Shown piece after piece: positions 34,506-47,589 of a stretch of DNA of 64,000 bases. The stretch covers positions 1,969 to 65,968 of the forward strand of contig JBLJBH010000038.1 in assembly GCA_047637875.1 (NCBI GenBank). Direction: 5' to 3'. A model generated the notes under the pieces. It saw nothing but the letters and a program-made list of their open reading frames with translations. It did not search any database and had not been told where the DNA came from. The position numbers were made by a program, and so were the translations under genes. Every line of letters begins with the position of its first letter. Position 1 is the first letter of the stretch. Source of the stretch: Patescibacteria group bacterium (GTDB lineage Bacteria; Patescibacteriota; Gracilibacteria; BD1-5; UBA6164).

Positions 34506-34534
34506 AAAATAGCTTTTATAAAAAGCTATTTTTT
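34505..34534 (+). terminator. rho-independent terminator
   Basis: AAAAATAGCTTTT-ATA-AAAAGCTATTTTT. Confidence 0.8.
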
Positions 34535-34690
34535 AGTTTTTAACATAAATATATAATTTTTAACATAAAAGCATTTAAGATAGTTTTTTGGCTTCAATAA
34601 AAGTTAAATCCAGTTTTTAACATTTTCTTAACAGAACTGTTCTATTTTTGTTAGCAAAAATCCAAAAAATTGTTACATTTAAAAAATATA

Positions 34691-34726
34691 AAAATTAATA
34701 ATTGTTTAAAAATAATTATTAATTTT
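34691..34726. promoter_or_regulatory. perfect 13-bp inverted repeat 35 nt upstream of nrdA
   Basis: AAAATTAATAATT (34691-34703), 10-nt spacer, AATTATTAATTTT (34714-34726). Confidence 0.35.
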
Positions 34727-34761
34727 TTATTTACACTTTATTATAAATAACAGCAAATTTT

Positions 34762-37374
34762 ATGAAAATTAAATTTATAAAAAATAGAGATGGAGATTTG
34801 GTTCCATTTGATAGATCAAGAATAGAAAGAGCTGTTGAAAAAGCAGCAGAAGTAGCAAAACATAGTGATTTTTCTTTTGTTGACGAATTAACTGATAATA
34901 TTATTGATACTTTAAAAACTACTTTAGTAGAGGCTGATAATGAAAAAGTTTTAACCATAGAAGAAATTCAAGATGTTGTTGAAAATAAATTAATGGAATT
35001 TTGATATTTTGATATTGCAAAAAAATATATTATTTATAGGGAAAAAAGAGCTTTTGAAAGAGATTTAAGAAAAAAAGAAATCCAAGAAAAATTATCTCAA
35101 AATACTCTAGAAGTAACAAAATCAAATTGAGAAAAAGAGTATTATGATATTGAAAAAATTAAAGAAACTTACAAAAGAGTATCTTTTTGATTGGCTCGCG
35201 TATGTAAGTTTGAAGAATTAGAAAGTGCTTTATCAAAATATCTCGTTGATGGAATAAAAACAAAAGATATTTTAAAAATGATGATAAAATCATCTATTGA
35301 CTTAATTACAGTTGAAAATACTTCTTGGCAATATATAGCTGGAAGATTAACTACTATTGATCTGTATAAAGAAGCTTCAAAAAATAGAAAAATAGATATT
35401 TCAGATATTTATAAACCTTCAAGTTATAAAGCATTATTTGATGAATATATAAAAAACGGATTATACTATAAAGATTTTTATAAATATTATTCTGAAGATG
35501 ATATTTTAGAAGCTGGGAAAAAGTTAAAAAAAGATACTGATTTTACATATAATTATACAACGCTTTTAATGTATAAAAAAAGATATCTTTTAAACCCAAA
35601 TAAAGTTATAAAAGAACTTCCACAAGAAATGTATATGAGTGCTGCTTTATTTTTAGCTATTCCTGAGGCAAAAGAAAATAGACTAGAAATTGCTTTCAAA
35701 ATATATGAATATTGTTCAAAAGCAATGATTTCTCTTCCAACTCCAACACTACTAAATGCGAGAACGAATTATCATCAATTATCAAGTTGTTTTAAATTGA
35801 ATATTGATGATGATCTTAGAGCTATTTATCATAGTATTGAAAATATGGCTCAAATATCAAAATTTGGTGGATGAATTTGAGTTTATTTATGAAATATCAG
35901 ATCAAAATGATGAACTATTAGATGAGTAAAATGAGTTTCTGGTTGAGTAAATCCTTGGATAAAAGTTATTAATGATACAGCCATTGCTGTAAATCAACTC
36001 GGAGCAAGAGCTGGAAGTATTTCTGTTACACTTGATATGTGGCATAGAGATATTTATGACTTTTTAGATCTTCAAACTGAAACTGGAGATATCAGAAGAA
36101 AAGCTTTTGATGTATTTCCTGCTGTTTCTATCCCAGATTTATTTATGAAAAGAGTAGAAAATAACGAGGATTGGACTTTATTTGATCCTAAAGAAGTTAA
36201 AGATGTAACAGGAAAATCTCTTCAAGACCATTTTTCTAAGGATTTTGAAAAGTTTTATACAGAATGTGAAAACAATCCAAAACTAGAATTAAAAGAAAAA
36301 ACTAACGCAAAGGAACTCTTTAAGAAATTTTTAAAATCAACAGTTGAAACTGGAATGCCATATGTTTTTTATAGAGATACAGTAAACGAATTAAATCCAA
36401 ATAAACATGCAGGAAACATTTATTCAACACAACTTTGTACAGAAATATGTCAAAATACTTCACCTTCAAAATATGTAGATGAAACTCTAGAAGACTGAGT
36501 AATTTCAATAAAATATACTCCTTGAGATAGTGTTGTTTGTAATTTAGCTTCTATTAATATTGCAAAAGTGAATGATGATAAAACTATTGAAAAAGTTATT
36601 CCAATTGTAATGAAGATTTTAGATAATGTAATTGATTTAAATTATTATCCAATGAAAGAATCAGAAATTACTGCAAAAAAATACAGATCAGTTGGGCTTT
36701 GATTTTTATGATTGGCTGAATATTTAGCTGTTAACAAGATAGCATATGATACTCCAGAAGCTCGTGAAATCGTTGATAAAATGATGGAAAAATTCGCTTA
36801 TGAAACATTTAAAGCATCAAATGATATAGCAATTGAAAGAGGTAAATATGAATTATTTGAATGAAGTGAGTATTCAAAATGAATTATTTTAGGTAAAGAC
36901 TTAAAATGGTTTAAAGAGAATTCTAAAACAAATTGTGATTGGGAAAGTTTACTAAAAAATATCAAAAAAGAATGATTAAGATTTGCTTATCATATAGCTC
37001 CAGCACCAAATACTTCAACAGCTTGAGTAGTTGGTACTACAGCTGCTATGCTTCCAATTTATAAAAAATATTTCGTTGAAACAAATTCTGTGGCACCAAG
37101 TGTTGTTGTTGCACCAAACTTAAATAGTGAAAATTTTTGGTACTATAAAGAATATGTAAATATGAATATGAATGATGTTATTGATATGGTTTCAGTAATT
37201 TACAAATGGGTAGATCAATCAATCAGTTTTGAATGGATAATAAATCCAGCAAAAGTTTCTCCAAGAGAATTATATGAATATTACATAAAAGCGCATAAAC
37301 AATGAATTAAAACTGTATATTATGTTAGAAGTATGAGTTTAGAAGTAAGTGAATGTGTAAGTTGTAGTGGGTAG
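34762..37374 (+). CDS. nrdA: ribonucleoside-diphosphate reductase, alpha subunit (class I, with ATP-cone)
   Basis: 870 aa. ATP-cone at the N-terminus, STQLCTEI active site, C-terminal CVSCSG. Track ORFs 34762, 35191, 36037 and 37048 are all in one frame. Confidence 0.93.
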
Positions 37375-37400
37375 TTTTATTAATTAACTAAAAAAATATT

Positions 37401-38444
37401 ATGACACAAGAAATGTTAGCAAATCCAATATTTAATCCAGCTTGAAATGATGAAGTTGGAGTAAGAACAATTATAAAATGAAATACTACTTGATTATTTC
37501 AACTTAATGCCACAAAATATTCTTGGGCAAAAAGTATGTACCAAGTAATGATTTGAAATTTCTGGGTTCCTGAAAAAGTTTCTGGACTTGGAGAAGATGC
37601 CGTTCAATTTAAAAATGCATTAAGCGAAGATGAGAGAAGAGCTTATAAATGAATTTTATCATTTTTAATATTTCTTGATTCTATTCAAACAGTGAATCTT
37701 CCAAATTTTAATGATTATATTACAGCTCCTGAAGTAAATCTTATTTTATCTATTCAAGCTTATCAAGAAGCTATTCATTCTCAATCTTATGCTACTATTT
37801 TAGAAACTGTAGTTGATAGTAAAGATAGAGATGGAATTTATTATTTTTGGAGAGAAGATAAACATTTACTTGAAAGAAATACATTTATCTGATGAATTTA
37901 CCAAGATTTTATAAATCATCCAACTGATGAAAATTTCTTTAGAGGTATAATTGCAAATTTCTTACTTGAAAGTATTTATTTTTATAATGGATTTGCATTT
38001 TTTGATACTTTGGCTGACCAAACAAAAATGGTTGCAACAGATAGAATGATAAATTATATAAGAAGAGATGAGTTAACTCACGTCACTATTTTTGCTAATA
38101 TTTTAAAAGAAATTAAAAAAGAATTTCCAAGTATTTATAATGAAAAAATGATTACTGATATGATGGCAGTAGCTGTTGATCAAGAAATCAAGTGGTCTAA
38201 ACACATTTTATGAAAGAATATAATTGGTATGAGTCATATAAATATAGAAAATTATACAAAATGGCTAGCTAATAATCGTCTGAGTATGCTTGGAATAAAT
38301 CCACTTTATCCAGATATAATAACGAATCCTTATAAACACCTTGATAGACTTCAAGATAATAATTCAGAAAAATGAAATTTCTTTGAATCAACAGTTACAA
38401 ATTATTCACAATCAAGTTCTATGAACTGAAGTTGGGAATTTTAA
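37401..38444 (+). CDS. nrdB: ribonucleoside-diphosphate reductase, beta subunit
   Basis: 347 aa. QEAIHSQSY and RRDELTH di-iron ligand motifs. Confidence 0.92.
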
Positions 38445-38471
38445 AAAAAAGATGCGAAGCATCTTTTTTTT
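38444..38471. terminator. bidirectional terminator (nrdB and the PKD protein)
   Basis: AAAAGATGC-GAA-GCATCTTTT. Confidence 0.8.
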
Positions 38472-41166
38472 ATTCAGTAATTTTTATTTCAATTTCTTCA
38501 GTCATTACATTATTATTTGCAAAATCAAGAGTTAGTTTTACTTTATATAATCAAGGTTTTTTAAAGGCATGACTTGGATTTGCTTCTGAAGAATATTCTC
38601 AATCTCAAAAATCCCAATGATATCATATTATTTGTCCCATAGATCAAGTAGATAAGAAATCTATTTCTTGGTTTATAGGAGCCTGTTTCATACTCACACT
38701 TATACTTGCTTTAGATTCAAAAGATTTTAATATTAAACTTTTAGAAGTTGAATATTCTTTTCATTTTTCAGTAACAATAGTTAATTTTACAATATAGTTT
38801 CATTCTTTTAAATATCTGTGTCATGGGTTTACAGCATCTCTTTCTTCTATAACTCAATCACCATAATCATAAATAAATTTAACTATGTTATCATTTTTTA
38901 CTTTACTTAAAGAAGAATCAAATGAAACAATTGTAGGAGCATATTCACTAGCAGGTTTTATTTCTAGGCTTAGATTTGCTTCTTTTTCAACAAAATCAAG
39001 ATTTATTTTTTCAATCATTTCAACTATATTTTCTTTATCTCTTCTATGAATAAATTTATATTTTACTAAAATTTCTTCAGTTCATTCAAATTCAAAACTT
39101 TTATTAAAAGATTTTCATTCTCAGTCTATTGTTCAATCTCATCAAAGATCCCATTTTATTTCCTCTAAAACATATAATGGATTATCTGACCTTACTAATT
39201 TTGCATCAAAATCCATATTTGTTGGAATTCAAATATCATATATAAAATAATCCATAGTTTTATTTTCATATTTTATATTTTCAATCTTTGTATTATTTTC
39301 ATAAATTTCAATTTTATTACTTAATTTAATTCTTTTAGCTGTAACTATTTTTTCTTCAATTTGAGATGATTTTCAATTAGAATTTGTTAAAATAACTTTA
39401 ACATCATAGCTTCCGTAATCTTTAAATAAATATTTTAAAGTAGAAGATTCTTCTAGATTTAATATATCGGCTTCTTTTTTTATTTCTTTTCCATCAATTA
39501 TCCAAGTAAAACTTTCAATAAATCAATCTCAAAAACTATTTTCAGTATCTAAAACTTTAAAAGTATAATCTAAATCATTATCAATAGAAACATCATAAAT
39601 TATATCTCATTTTATTTCTGAAGATTCTCAAGCTATTGTAAATATTCTATCCATTTGATTTCAAGCTGAAGAATTTTTTATTTTCATTCATATTAAATCA
39701 GTTTCAAAATATATTTTACTAGGTTGGAAAATATATCATACATAAGTTGGTTTAGATAAATCTTCTTTTAAATACCACTCTATTTCTCATAATGGTTTTA
39801 AATCGTTAGCATTAAAACTAATAGTTTTTCATCAATTATCTAAAGTTTTTTCAGTGATTCTTACTAAATAAGATACAGAAAGTTCTGGTATATCAGAAGC
39901 TGGTTTTGAAGTAATTTTTCCAGGAAATCTTGAATCAACTCACTCTAAAGTTAAAGAAACTTTATAATTTCATTTCTTATCGAAGCTGTTAATAATTTCG
40001 GGTATTTGAGTTTCTTTTTTTTCTCAATCTCAAAAATCCCAAATATATTTATTTATTTTAAATCATCTTCTCTCTTCATCTCTTTGTAAATATGTTACAT
40101 CAAATTTTAATTCAATAGGTCAAATTAAAGAAGCATATTGAGTAATTAAGGCTCAATTTTTTCAAATATCTTGATTTTTTAATAAATTATTATCATAAAT
40201 TTGTATTTTTCAATAAGACATTTCAAGCCAATTTGGTAGTGATTTTATGGCTTTATCTAAAGTAATCCATAATGTAGCTGTAGAAAAAGTTATTATTAGT
40301 AATATAGCTGAAACTACTGAAAAAATAGTTTTTTTTCTTTTAAGTTCCTTTTTTGTAAGTAGTGCTTTAAATAAAGAAATTATTAAAATTATAGATTCAA
40401 TAGTAATTATTATTGAAAAAACAAATGTAGTTAATTTCAATAAAAAGCTATTTATATCATTTAAGTTTATTCATAAATTAGCAAAAAAACTAACATCTTC
40501 TGGAGTTTGAGCGTTAAAAATTACAAATGTAATAAAAGCTCATCATAAAATTAAGGCTATAAATAAAATTGCTCATAAAAATCAAAAAGCCTGAGAAGCT
40601 GAAACTCATTTTTTTACTTGGGCTTTTTTTTCAGGTTTTTTATCACTAGGTTTTACTTTTAAAAATAAAGTTTCTCAAAAACTAGAAGGAACAGTTTTTG
40701 AAAGTAATTCTAAACTTTTATCTTTAAATTGATGAGGTCAAGATCATTTTTGCTCTTGAGAAGTTTCTTCTAATTTTAGGTTTGATATTTTTTTTGCTTG
40801 TAATAATAAATTTGAATAAATAGGAAATTTTATATTTTTTGTTTCTTTTAAAATAGAATCTTTTTTAAAAGAGATCTTTACATAATTATCATTTGGTTCA
40901 ATAGATAAAAAATCATATTCATTTTTTAGTAAAATATCTATTAAATCATCAATATTTTGGATATTTATATCAAAAATAGTTCATTCAACTTCTTTCTGTT
41001 CTTGTTTTAAAGTATTCTTTTCTTCATCTAATTTTTTTAATTCTTCAGGTCTAAATTCGCTATCTGTTAAAATAGTTGATAGAGTTTCAAGATCAATTTC
41101 ATCTTTTTTTGTAACTAATTCTCATAATATATCATTTTGAGAATTTTCTTGTTCGTTTTTAGTCAT
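38470..41166 (-). CDS. membrane protein with multiple PKD-like repeats
   Basis: 898 aa. Cytoplasmic N-terminus, several TM helices around 40200-40560, then at least five repeats with W-D-F/L-G-D-G (WDFGDGEKKETQ, WDLGGDGTIDG, YDYGDGVIEER, WDFGDGEYSSEANPSHAF). Confidence 0.8.
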
Positions 41167-41288
41167 AAGCAAATTAAATAATATTTAAAATTTCATAGAC
41201 ATTATATCATATTTTAGTTAAAATTTGCAAACTTTTTGATTGACTTTACAAAAAAAAAGCTCCTAATTTATTTAGGAAACTTTATTTT

Positions 41289-43871
41289 TTAAACTCTAAT
41301 TTTTTTCTTTTGGTTTTGATTTCAATTTTCTCTTTGAGGTTGAGCAAATAGAGGATTTGAGTTTGAAGATTTTCAAGAAATATTTAAACTCTCCTCATCA
41401 GTAGTAACTATGAAATTTTTCTCATTTAATTCTATTTGTTTTATTTCAATATCAGTTTTTACTGAGAATATTGCTTTTGTAGTTTTGTATTCTATTTCTG
41501 AAATTAATTCTTCAAATTTATAAAAAGCTTTTTCTTTATAAACTATTAGTGGATTTCTTTGTGCATATCATTCAAAAGCAACAGCTTCTCTTAGTTTACT
41601 CATAGCATCAATATGTCTCATCCAAAGTTCGTCAATTGATTGCAAAACTATTCTTCTTTCCATTTCAAAAAAATCTTCTTCTGATTTGAAATTTGCTTTT
41701 ATTTTATCTATTTCTTCTCCAGATTTTCAAGAAATAAATTCTCAAACTTCATTTTTTTCTTCTATTTCTAAACTTTTTAAAAGTTCAACTCAAACAAATT
41801 CATTTACTTTTGAAATAATTTCTTCAGTAGGAATGTTTTTAGTAAGTAATGATTCAACAAATCTTTGAATTTGTGATGTAACCATACCTTTTACATCAAT
41901 ATCTATGTTTTCACTATCCAAAATTTTATTTCTTTTTGCATATATGATTTCTCTGTGTTTATTCATAACATCATCATACTCTAAAACATGTTTTCTTGAA
42001 TCAAAATGGTATCATTCAACTTGTTTTTGAACAGAAGTAACTCTTGATGTTAACATTCCACTTTGTGCTAGAGGTTCATCATCTGGAAGTGTTGCAAACA
42101 TTGGTGAATTAAAAACTCCAAAAAGTTTATCTCAACCAAATATTCTCATTATTTCATCTTGAGGTGAAATTAAAAATTGAGTCATTCAAGGATCTCATTG
42201 TCTTCAAGCTCTTCATCTTAATTGGTTATCAATTCTTCTTGTTTCGTGTTTTTCAGTTCAAAGTATTACTAATCATCAAAGTTCTCTAACTCACTCTCAA
42301 AGTTTGATATCAGTTCATCTTCAAGCCATATTTGTAGCAATAGTTACAGCTCACTTTTGTCCAGCTTGTGACACTATTTCAGCCTCTCTTTCATGATGTT
42401 TAGCATTTAATACATTATGAGGAATTTTTTCTTGTTTTAGTCTTTCTGATAAATATTCTGATTTTTCTACAGAAATAGTTCAAACTAAAATTGGTTGCCC
42501 TTCTTTGTGAAGTTCTTTAATAAGTTTTATAGTATAATCAAATTTACCTTTTTCATTTTTGAAAAGTAAATCAGCTCTATCATCTCTGATAATTGGTTTA
42601 TTTGTAGGAATAACTAAGGTTTCAAGAGCATAAACTTTATAAAATTCTTCTTCTTCAGTTTTAGCAGTTCAAGTCATTCAAGCCAATTTCCAATACATTC
42701 TAAAATAATTTTGAAATGTAATTGAAGCTAGAGTTTTACTCTCTCTTTTTATTTCTACACCTTCTTTTGCTTCAATAGCTTGGTGAAGTCATTCTGAATA
42801 TCTTCTTCCTGATAATACTCTTCAAGTATGCTCATCAATTATTAAAACTTCTCCATTTTGGTCAACTAAATAATCTTTATCTTTTTTGTAAACAGCTTGT
42901 GCTTTCAGAGCATTTTCTATATGATGAAGGTCATTGTAATGATCTGAAATATAAATATTTTCAATTTTTAATAATTTTTCAATTTTTGTAATACCATCTT
43001 CAGTTAAAGTAGCTGTTTTTTGTTTCTCATCTATTTTATAATCTTGCCCAGAAACTAGTTCTTTGGCAATTAAAGCAAATTGCATATATTTGCTAGTTGG
43101 TTCATTATCAGGCATAGAAATAATTAAAGGAGTTCTTGCTTCATCAATTAAAATAGAGTCAACTTCATCGATAATTGCAAAAAATGGTTTACTCATAACT
43201 TTGTCTTCATTTTTGACAACCATATTATCTCTCAAATAATCAAATCACATTTCGTTATTTGTAGCATAAACTATATCGCAGTGGTAATTTGCATATTTTT
43301 CTCTAGTTTCTTGATTATGAGTAATTACTCAAACAGTTAATCATAAAGCTTTATACAAAACTCACATTTCTTCAGAGTCTCTTGATGCTAGGTAATCATT
43401 TACAGTTACTACATGAACTGGATTTCAAGAAAGTGCATTTAAATACGCTGGAAGTGTAGCAACAAGAGTTTTTCATTCTCCAGTTTTCATTTCAGCAATA
43501 TGTGCATCATGAATTGCCATTCAACCAATAAGTTGAACATCATATGGAACCATATTCCAAAGCATTTTTTTTCAAGAAGGAAGTTCAAATTCTTGTCAGT
43601 TTATAAGTTTACAAGCAGTTTTTAAGTTTGCAAAAGCTGGAACTAAAATTTCTTTTAAAGTTTCTTTTATTTTTATACTATCTTCTGGATTTCTAAAATC
43701 AAGTCAGTTAAACATTTGTTTGAATTCTAGAGTTTTATTTTTTACATCTTCAAGAGAAAAATTTTCAAATTCTTTTTCTTTTTCAATAATTTGGTTTACC
43801 AAAGTTTGATAATACTTTAATTTCTTTTTATCAGGATCTCCAAAAATGGCTTTAATTATGTTATCAATCAT
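41289..43871 (-). CDS. secA: preprotein translocase ATPase SecA
   Basis: 860 aa. [45 protein letters not shown]. Confidence 0.95.
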
Positions 43872-43989
43872 CTTATAAATATTTAAATTTTAAAACTAAA
43901 GTATTATATGAAAATATTAAAAAAAACAAACTTTTTGATTTTTAACTAATTTTTACTATGATAAAAATGATATATTTTAATTTTGAACT

Positions 43990-44589
43990 ATGCTTTCCTA
44001 TATAAAATGACAAATAAAAAATATTGAACTAAGTTCAGTTATAGTTTTAACTGAAAGCTGAGTTTGATATGAAATAGTTATAAACGAACTTGTTTATGCT
44101 AATATTTATGATAAAAAAGATATTGAAATGTTTGTTTATCACAATATTTCTGAAAACTGACAAACTCTTTTTGGGTTTTTAACTTTTGAAGATAGAAGTC
44201 TTTTTAAAGAACTTATAAAAATTTCTTGAGTTTGATGAAGAGTTGCACAAAACATACTTTCACTTTGAAGCTCAAGACTAAAAAAAGCAATTTTAGAAGA
44301 TGATAAAAAAACTATTGAATCAGTAAAATGAGTTTGAAAAAAAATGGCAGAAAAAATTGTTTTGGAATTATCAGATAAAGAAATAGTAAAATCTTTTGAA
44401 ATATCTCAAAACTCTACTAAAAAACAAAATAATGAATTTACACTAGAAAAAGATTTGAAAAATGAAATACTTTCAACTCTAACAATGATGTGATACAATT
44501 CAAGAAAAGTTGAAGAAATATTATCAAATTTGCCAGAGTGATTTGATAGTATTGATAAAATTATTCCTTATGTTATTAAAAACATATAA
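43990..44589 (+). CDS. ruvA: Holliday junction branch migration protein RuvA
   Basis: 199 aa. GVGYEI, FGF.TFEDRSLFKELIKISGVGGRVAQNIL (HhH), VKGVGKKMAEKIVLEL. Confidence 0.85.
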
Positions 44590-44617
44590 AAAATAGAGGT
44601 GTTACACTGCAACATCT

Positions 44618-45724
44618 CTACTTTTTCCCGTAAAAATAACACATTTCATTTCAGTTATAAAGTTTTCTTTTTTTGTATTTACTTAAATTTATCAAATTAT
44701 CAAAATCGGTATAAGCTGTAATTATTCAACCAGATAATTCTTTGTTTTTATCTAAAATCATATTTATATCTTTATACATTCATTTTATATCATCATCTTT
44801 TAGTCTCAGTCAATACGGAGGATTTGAAATAATAGTTCATGTCATTTTTTCCTTTTTATATTCTTTAAAGTCTTTTTTTAAAAAAGTTATACTATCATCC
44901 ACTTTCGCATTTTTTGCATTTATTCTTGCTTTCTCTAAAACTTCCTCATCAATATCTGAAGCAATAACACTATACTTTTTTGGAAAAATTTTTGCTTTAG
45001 CTTCATCTCTAATTTCATCAAAATATCATTTTGTAAGTAAATCCCAATTTTCAAAAGAAAAATATCTATAAAGTCCAGGAGCTATATTTCTTGCAAACAT
45101 CACAGCTTCAATTGCAATTGTTCAACTTCCACAAAATATATCGTAAAAATTTTCGCTATATTTCCAGTTTGAAAGTATCACTAAAGCTGCAGCAAGAGAT
45201 TCTTTAATTGGAGCTTCTCAAGTGTCTTCTTTGTATCATCTTTTATAAAGAGTTTCTCCAGAAGTATTTAGTAAAATATATGCGTTATCATCCATAAAAA
45301 ATGAAAATACTTCAAAAATAGGTTTATCAGATTCTTCTGGCATAGTATTTCCAGATTTATTTGTCATTTTATCAACAATTGCTTTTTTGGTAATTTTTTG
45401 AATTGCTGGAGTGCTTGAAAGTACTGATTTTATAGAAGTTGCTTTTACAATAACTGGATAATATCTATTTATATATTTTTTCCAATTTATATCATAAACT
45501 AGGTCATACAATTTATCAAAATTATCAATTTTTTTTTCTTCATTTAAAACTAAATACACTTTATTTCAAACTCTAGACCAAAGATTTAATTTTGCCATAA
45601 GTTCTATTTCTCACTCAAAAAAAACCAGTCTATCTTTCACTTCAACTATAGTTCAACCTTGTTTTATAATTTCATTTTTTGCAATTGCCTCGAGTCAAGC
45701 CGAGCAAGTAAGTAGGAATTTCAT
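44618..45724 (-). CDS. THUMP-domain class I SAM-dependent RNA methyltransferase
   Basis: 368 aa. [34 protein letters not shown]. Confidence 0.85.
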
Positions 45725-45788
45725 TTTTTCTTGTTTAATAATTAATTTTTATTATATTACTTAAAAAATACTTTTTTACAAAGGCTTT

Positions 45789-46781
45789 ATGAAAATTGCT
45801 GTTATGATGTCAGTTTGATGTCAAAATCTGTGAGATGAACTAATACTTAAAAATGAGATAAAATTACTTAAAGAAAAATATTGAAATGATACTAAATTCA
45901 AAGTATTCACTTATGATTTAGCTGATATTTTTTATATTGATGAAAATATTGAATATTTAGAATATTTTCCTATTTGAATAAAAAATCCAAAGAATTTATT
46001 TAGAAATTTGAGAAATTATTATCATTTTATAAAAACTATTAAGTGGGCAGATAAAGTTGTTATTGGTTGAGGATGAATTATGTTTGACAATGAAACAGGG
46101 AATTACTCAAATCCTTTAAATCAATGGCTTTTTAGAACAGAAATTATAAAAATGCTGAAAAAAGAAATCATAATTTTTTGAGTAAGTATTGATATAAAAC
46201 ACAATAAAAATTTAGAAAAAATTAAGAAAATATTTTCAAATGCTAAAGAAGTTTTTGTTAGAGATAATTCTAGTTTTGAGTTATTAAAAGATTTGTGAAT
46301 TAAATCAGAAATTATTTTAGATCCAGTTTTTTCTGATAACTTAGAAGTTTGACTTGAAAATTATAAAAAGAATTTTTTAGTCAAAAAAGTTGAAGCAAAA
46401 AAATTTTCTTTAAATGATTTAAAAGATATTGATTTTTCAGGTAAAAAGGTTTGATTAGCTTTCAGAAGTTGATATTTAAATAATGAAAAAGTTTTAATTA
46501 ATGAAATAATTGATTTTATTTTAAATGCTTGATGAAAAGTAATTTTACTTCCTCATAGTTTTCACACTTGAGATGAAGTTGCTAATGATTTAAAATTTTT
46601 GTCTCAATTTATAAAACCTTGAGTAGATATTACTATTTCTGTGAAAGAAACTTACGAAATATATAAACAAAAAAAGATAGACTTTTGTCTATCTATGAGG
46701 CTTCATTCTATGATTTTATCACAAGTTTATGGAATAAACTTTATCGCTATAAAATATGCAAAAAAAAGTGATTTAATGTAA
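45789..46781 (+). CDS. polysaccharide pyruvyl transferase-family protein
   Basis: 330 aa. NLGDELI and VVIGGGGI motifs. Family call is tentative. Confidence 0.65.
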
Positions 46782-46810
46782 AAAAAATCTTGGAATTTCC
46801 AAGATTTTTT
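46782..46810. terminator. bidirectional terminator
   Basis: AAAATCTTGGA-ATT-TCCAAGATTTT. Confidence 0.85.
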
Positions 46811-46818
46811 AATTGAAA

Positions 46819-47409
46819 TTATTCACAATTTCATCTAATTAACATATAATCAGCATCAGCTGTTAATGGGGTACAACTAGTACCACTAGTAATTTTTGTT
46901 ACAGCTGTATCTAATGAGCTTGCTATAGAAGTAGCTTTTAATCAAACTCAGATTTCATATCTATTATCCATTACTCAATTATCATTTTCAGCTTTTGATG
47001 AAACATTTCAAGAGTTTTCAAATCAAGTTGAAAGATTGTATACTTGATTTGGAACAGTGTTTTCATCATCACCTACGCTATATAAATAATCACAAGGAGT
47101 AGCTGTAGCTTCTGATCATTTATTACAAGATTGTTGACTTTTTGAATCAGTTGGAAATCTTTCTACATATTTTGCAACTCAACCACTACCAAAATCAGTA
47201 GAATTTTTTTCTGGGTAAGCTCAGTCATCTTGATAAAATTGTTCAATACCAGATTGTAAAGCTTTTACATCATTTACTCTAGTAGTATCTCTAGCTTTTT
47301 GAATTTGAGATGTATAAGTAGCAGTAGCACCAGTTGCTAGAATACCGATGATAGTAATAACTACTAAAAGTTCAATTAAGGTAAAACCTTTTGTATTTTG
47401 TAATTTCAT
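46819..47409 (-). CDS. type IV pilin / pseudopilin
   Basis: 196 aa. Prepilin leader MKLQNTKGFTLIELLVVITIIGILA. Two Cys pairs in the C-terminal part. Confidence 0.85.
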
Positions 47410-47589
47410 AAAATATTATGTTAAAAAATAAATTACGATTATAATTTTATAGTTTTTTTAAAAAATGTCAAAAAAAATACATTTTTAAAAACTTTTTAAC
47501 ATAAAAACAAAAAAACTTTCAAAAATTAATGTTCAGTTAATATATGGTTGTTATAATAAAATAATATTTTATTTTTTTATTATTTTATT

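Noticed and set aside
34762-37374. Intein or homing-endonuclease insertion in nrdA (870 aa is long). gyrA was checked for the same reason.
   Set aside because: The extra length is explained by the N-terminal ATP-cone and linker. I saw no Cys/Ser...HN-Cys splice-junction block and no LAGLIDADG or HNH segment interrupting conserved motifs.
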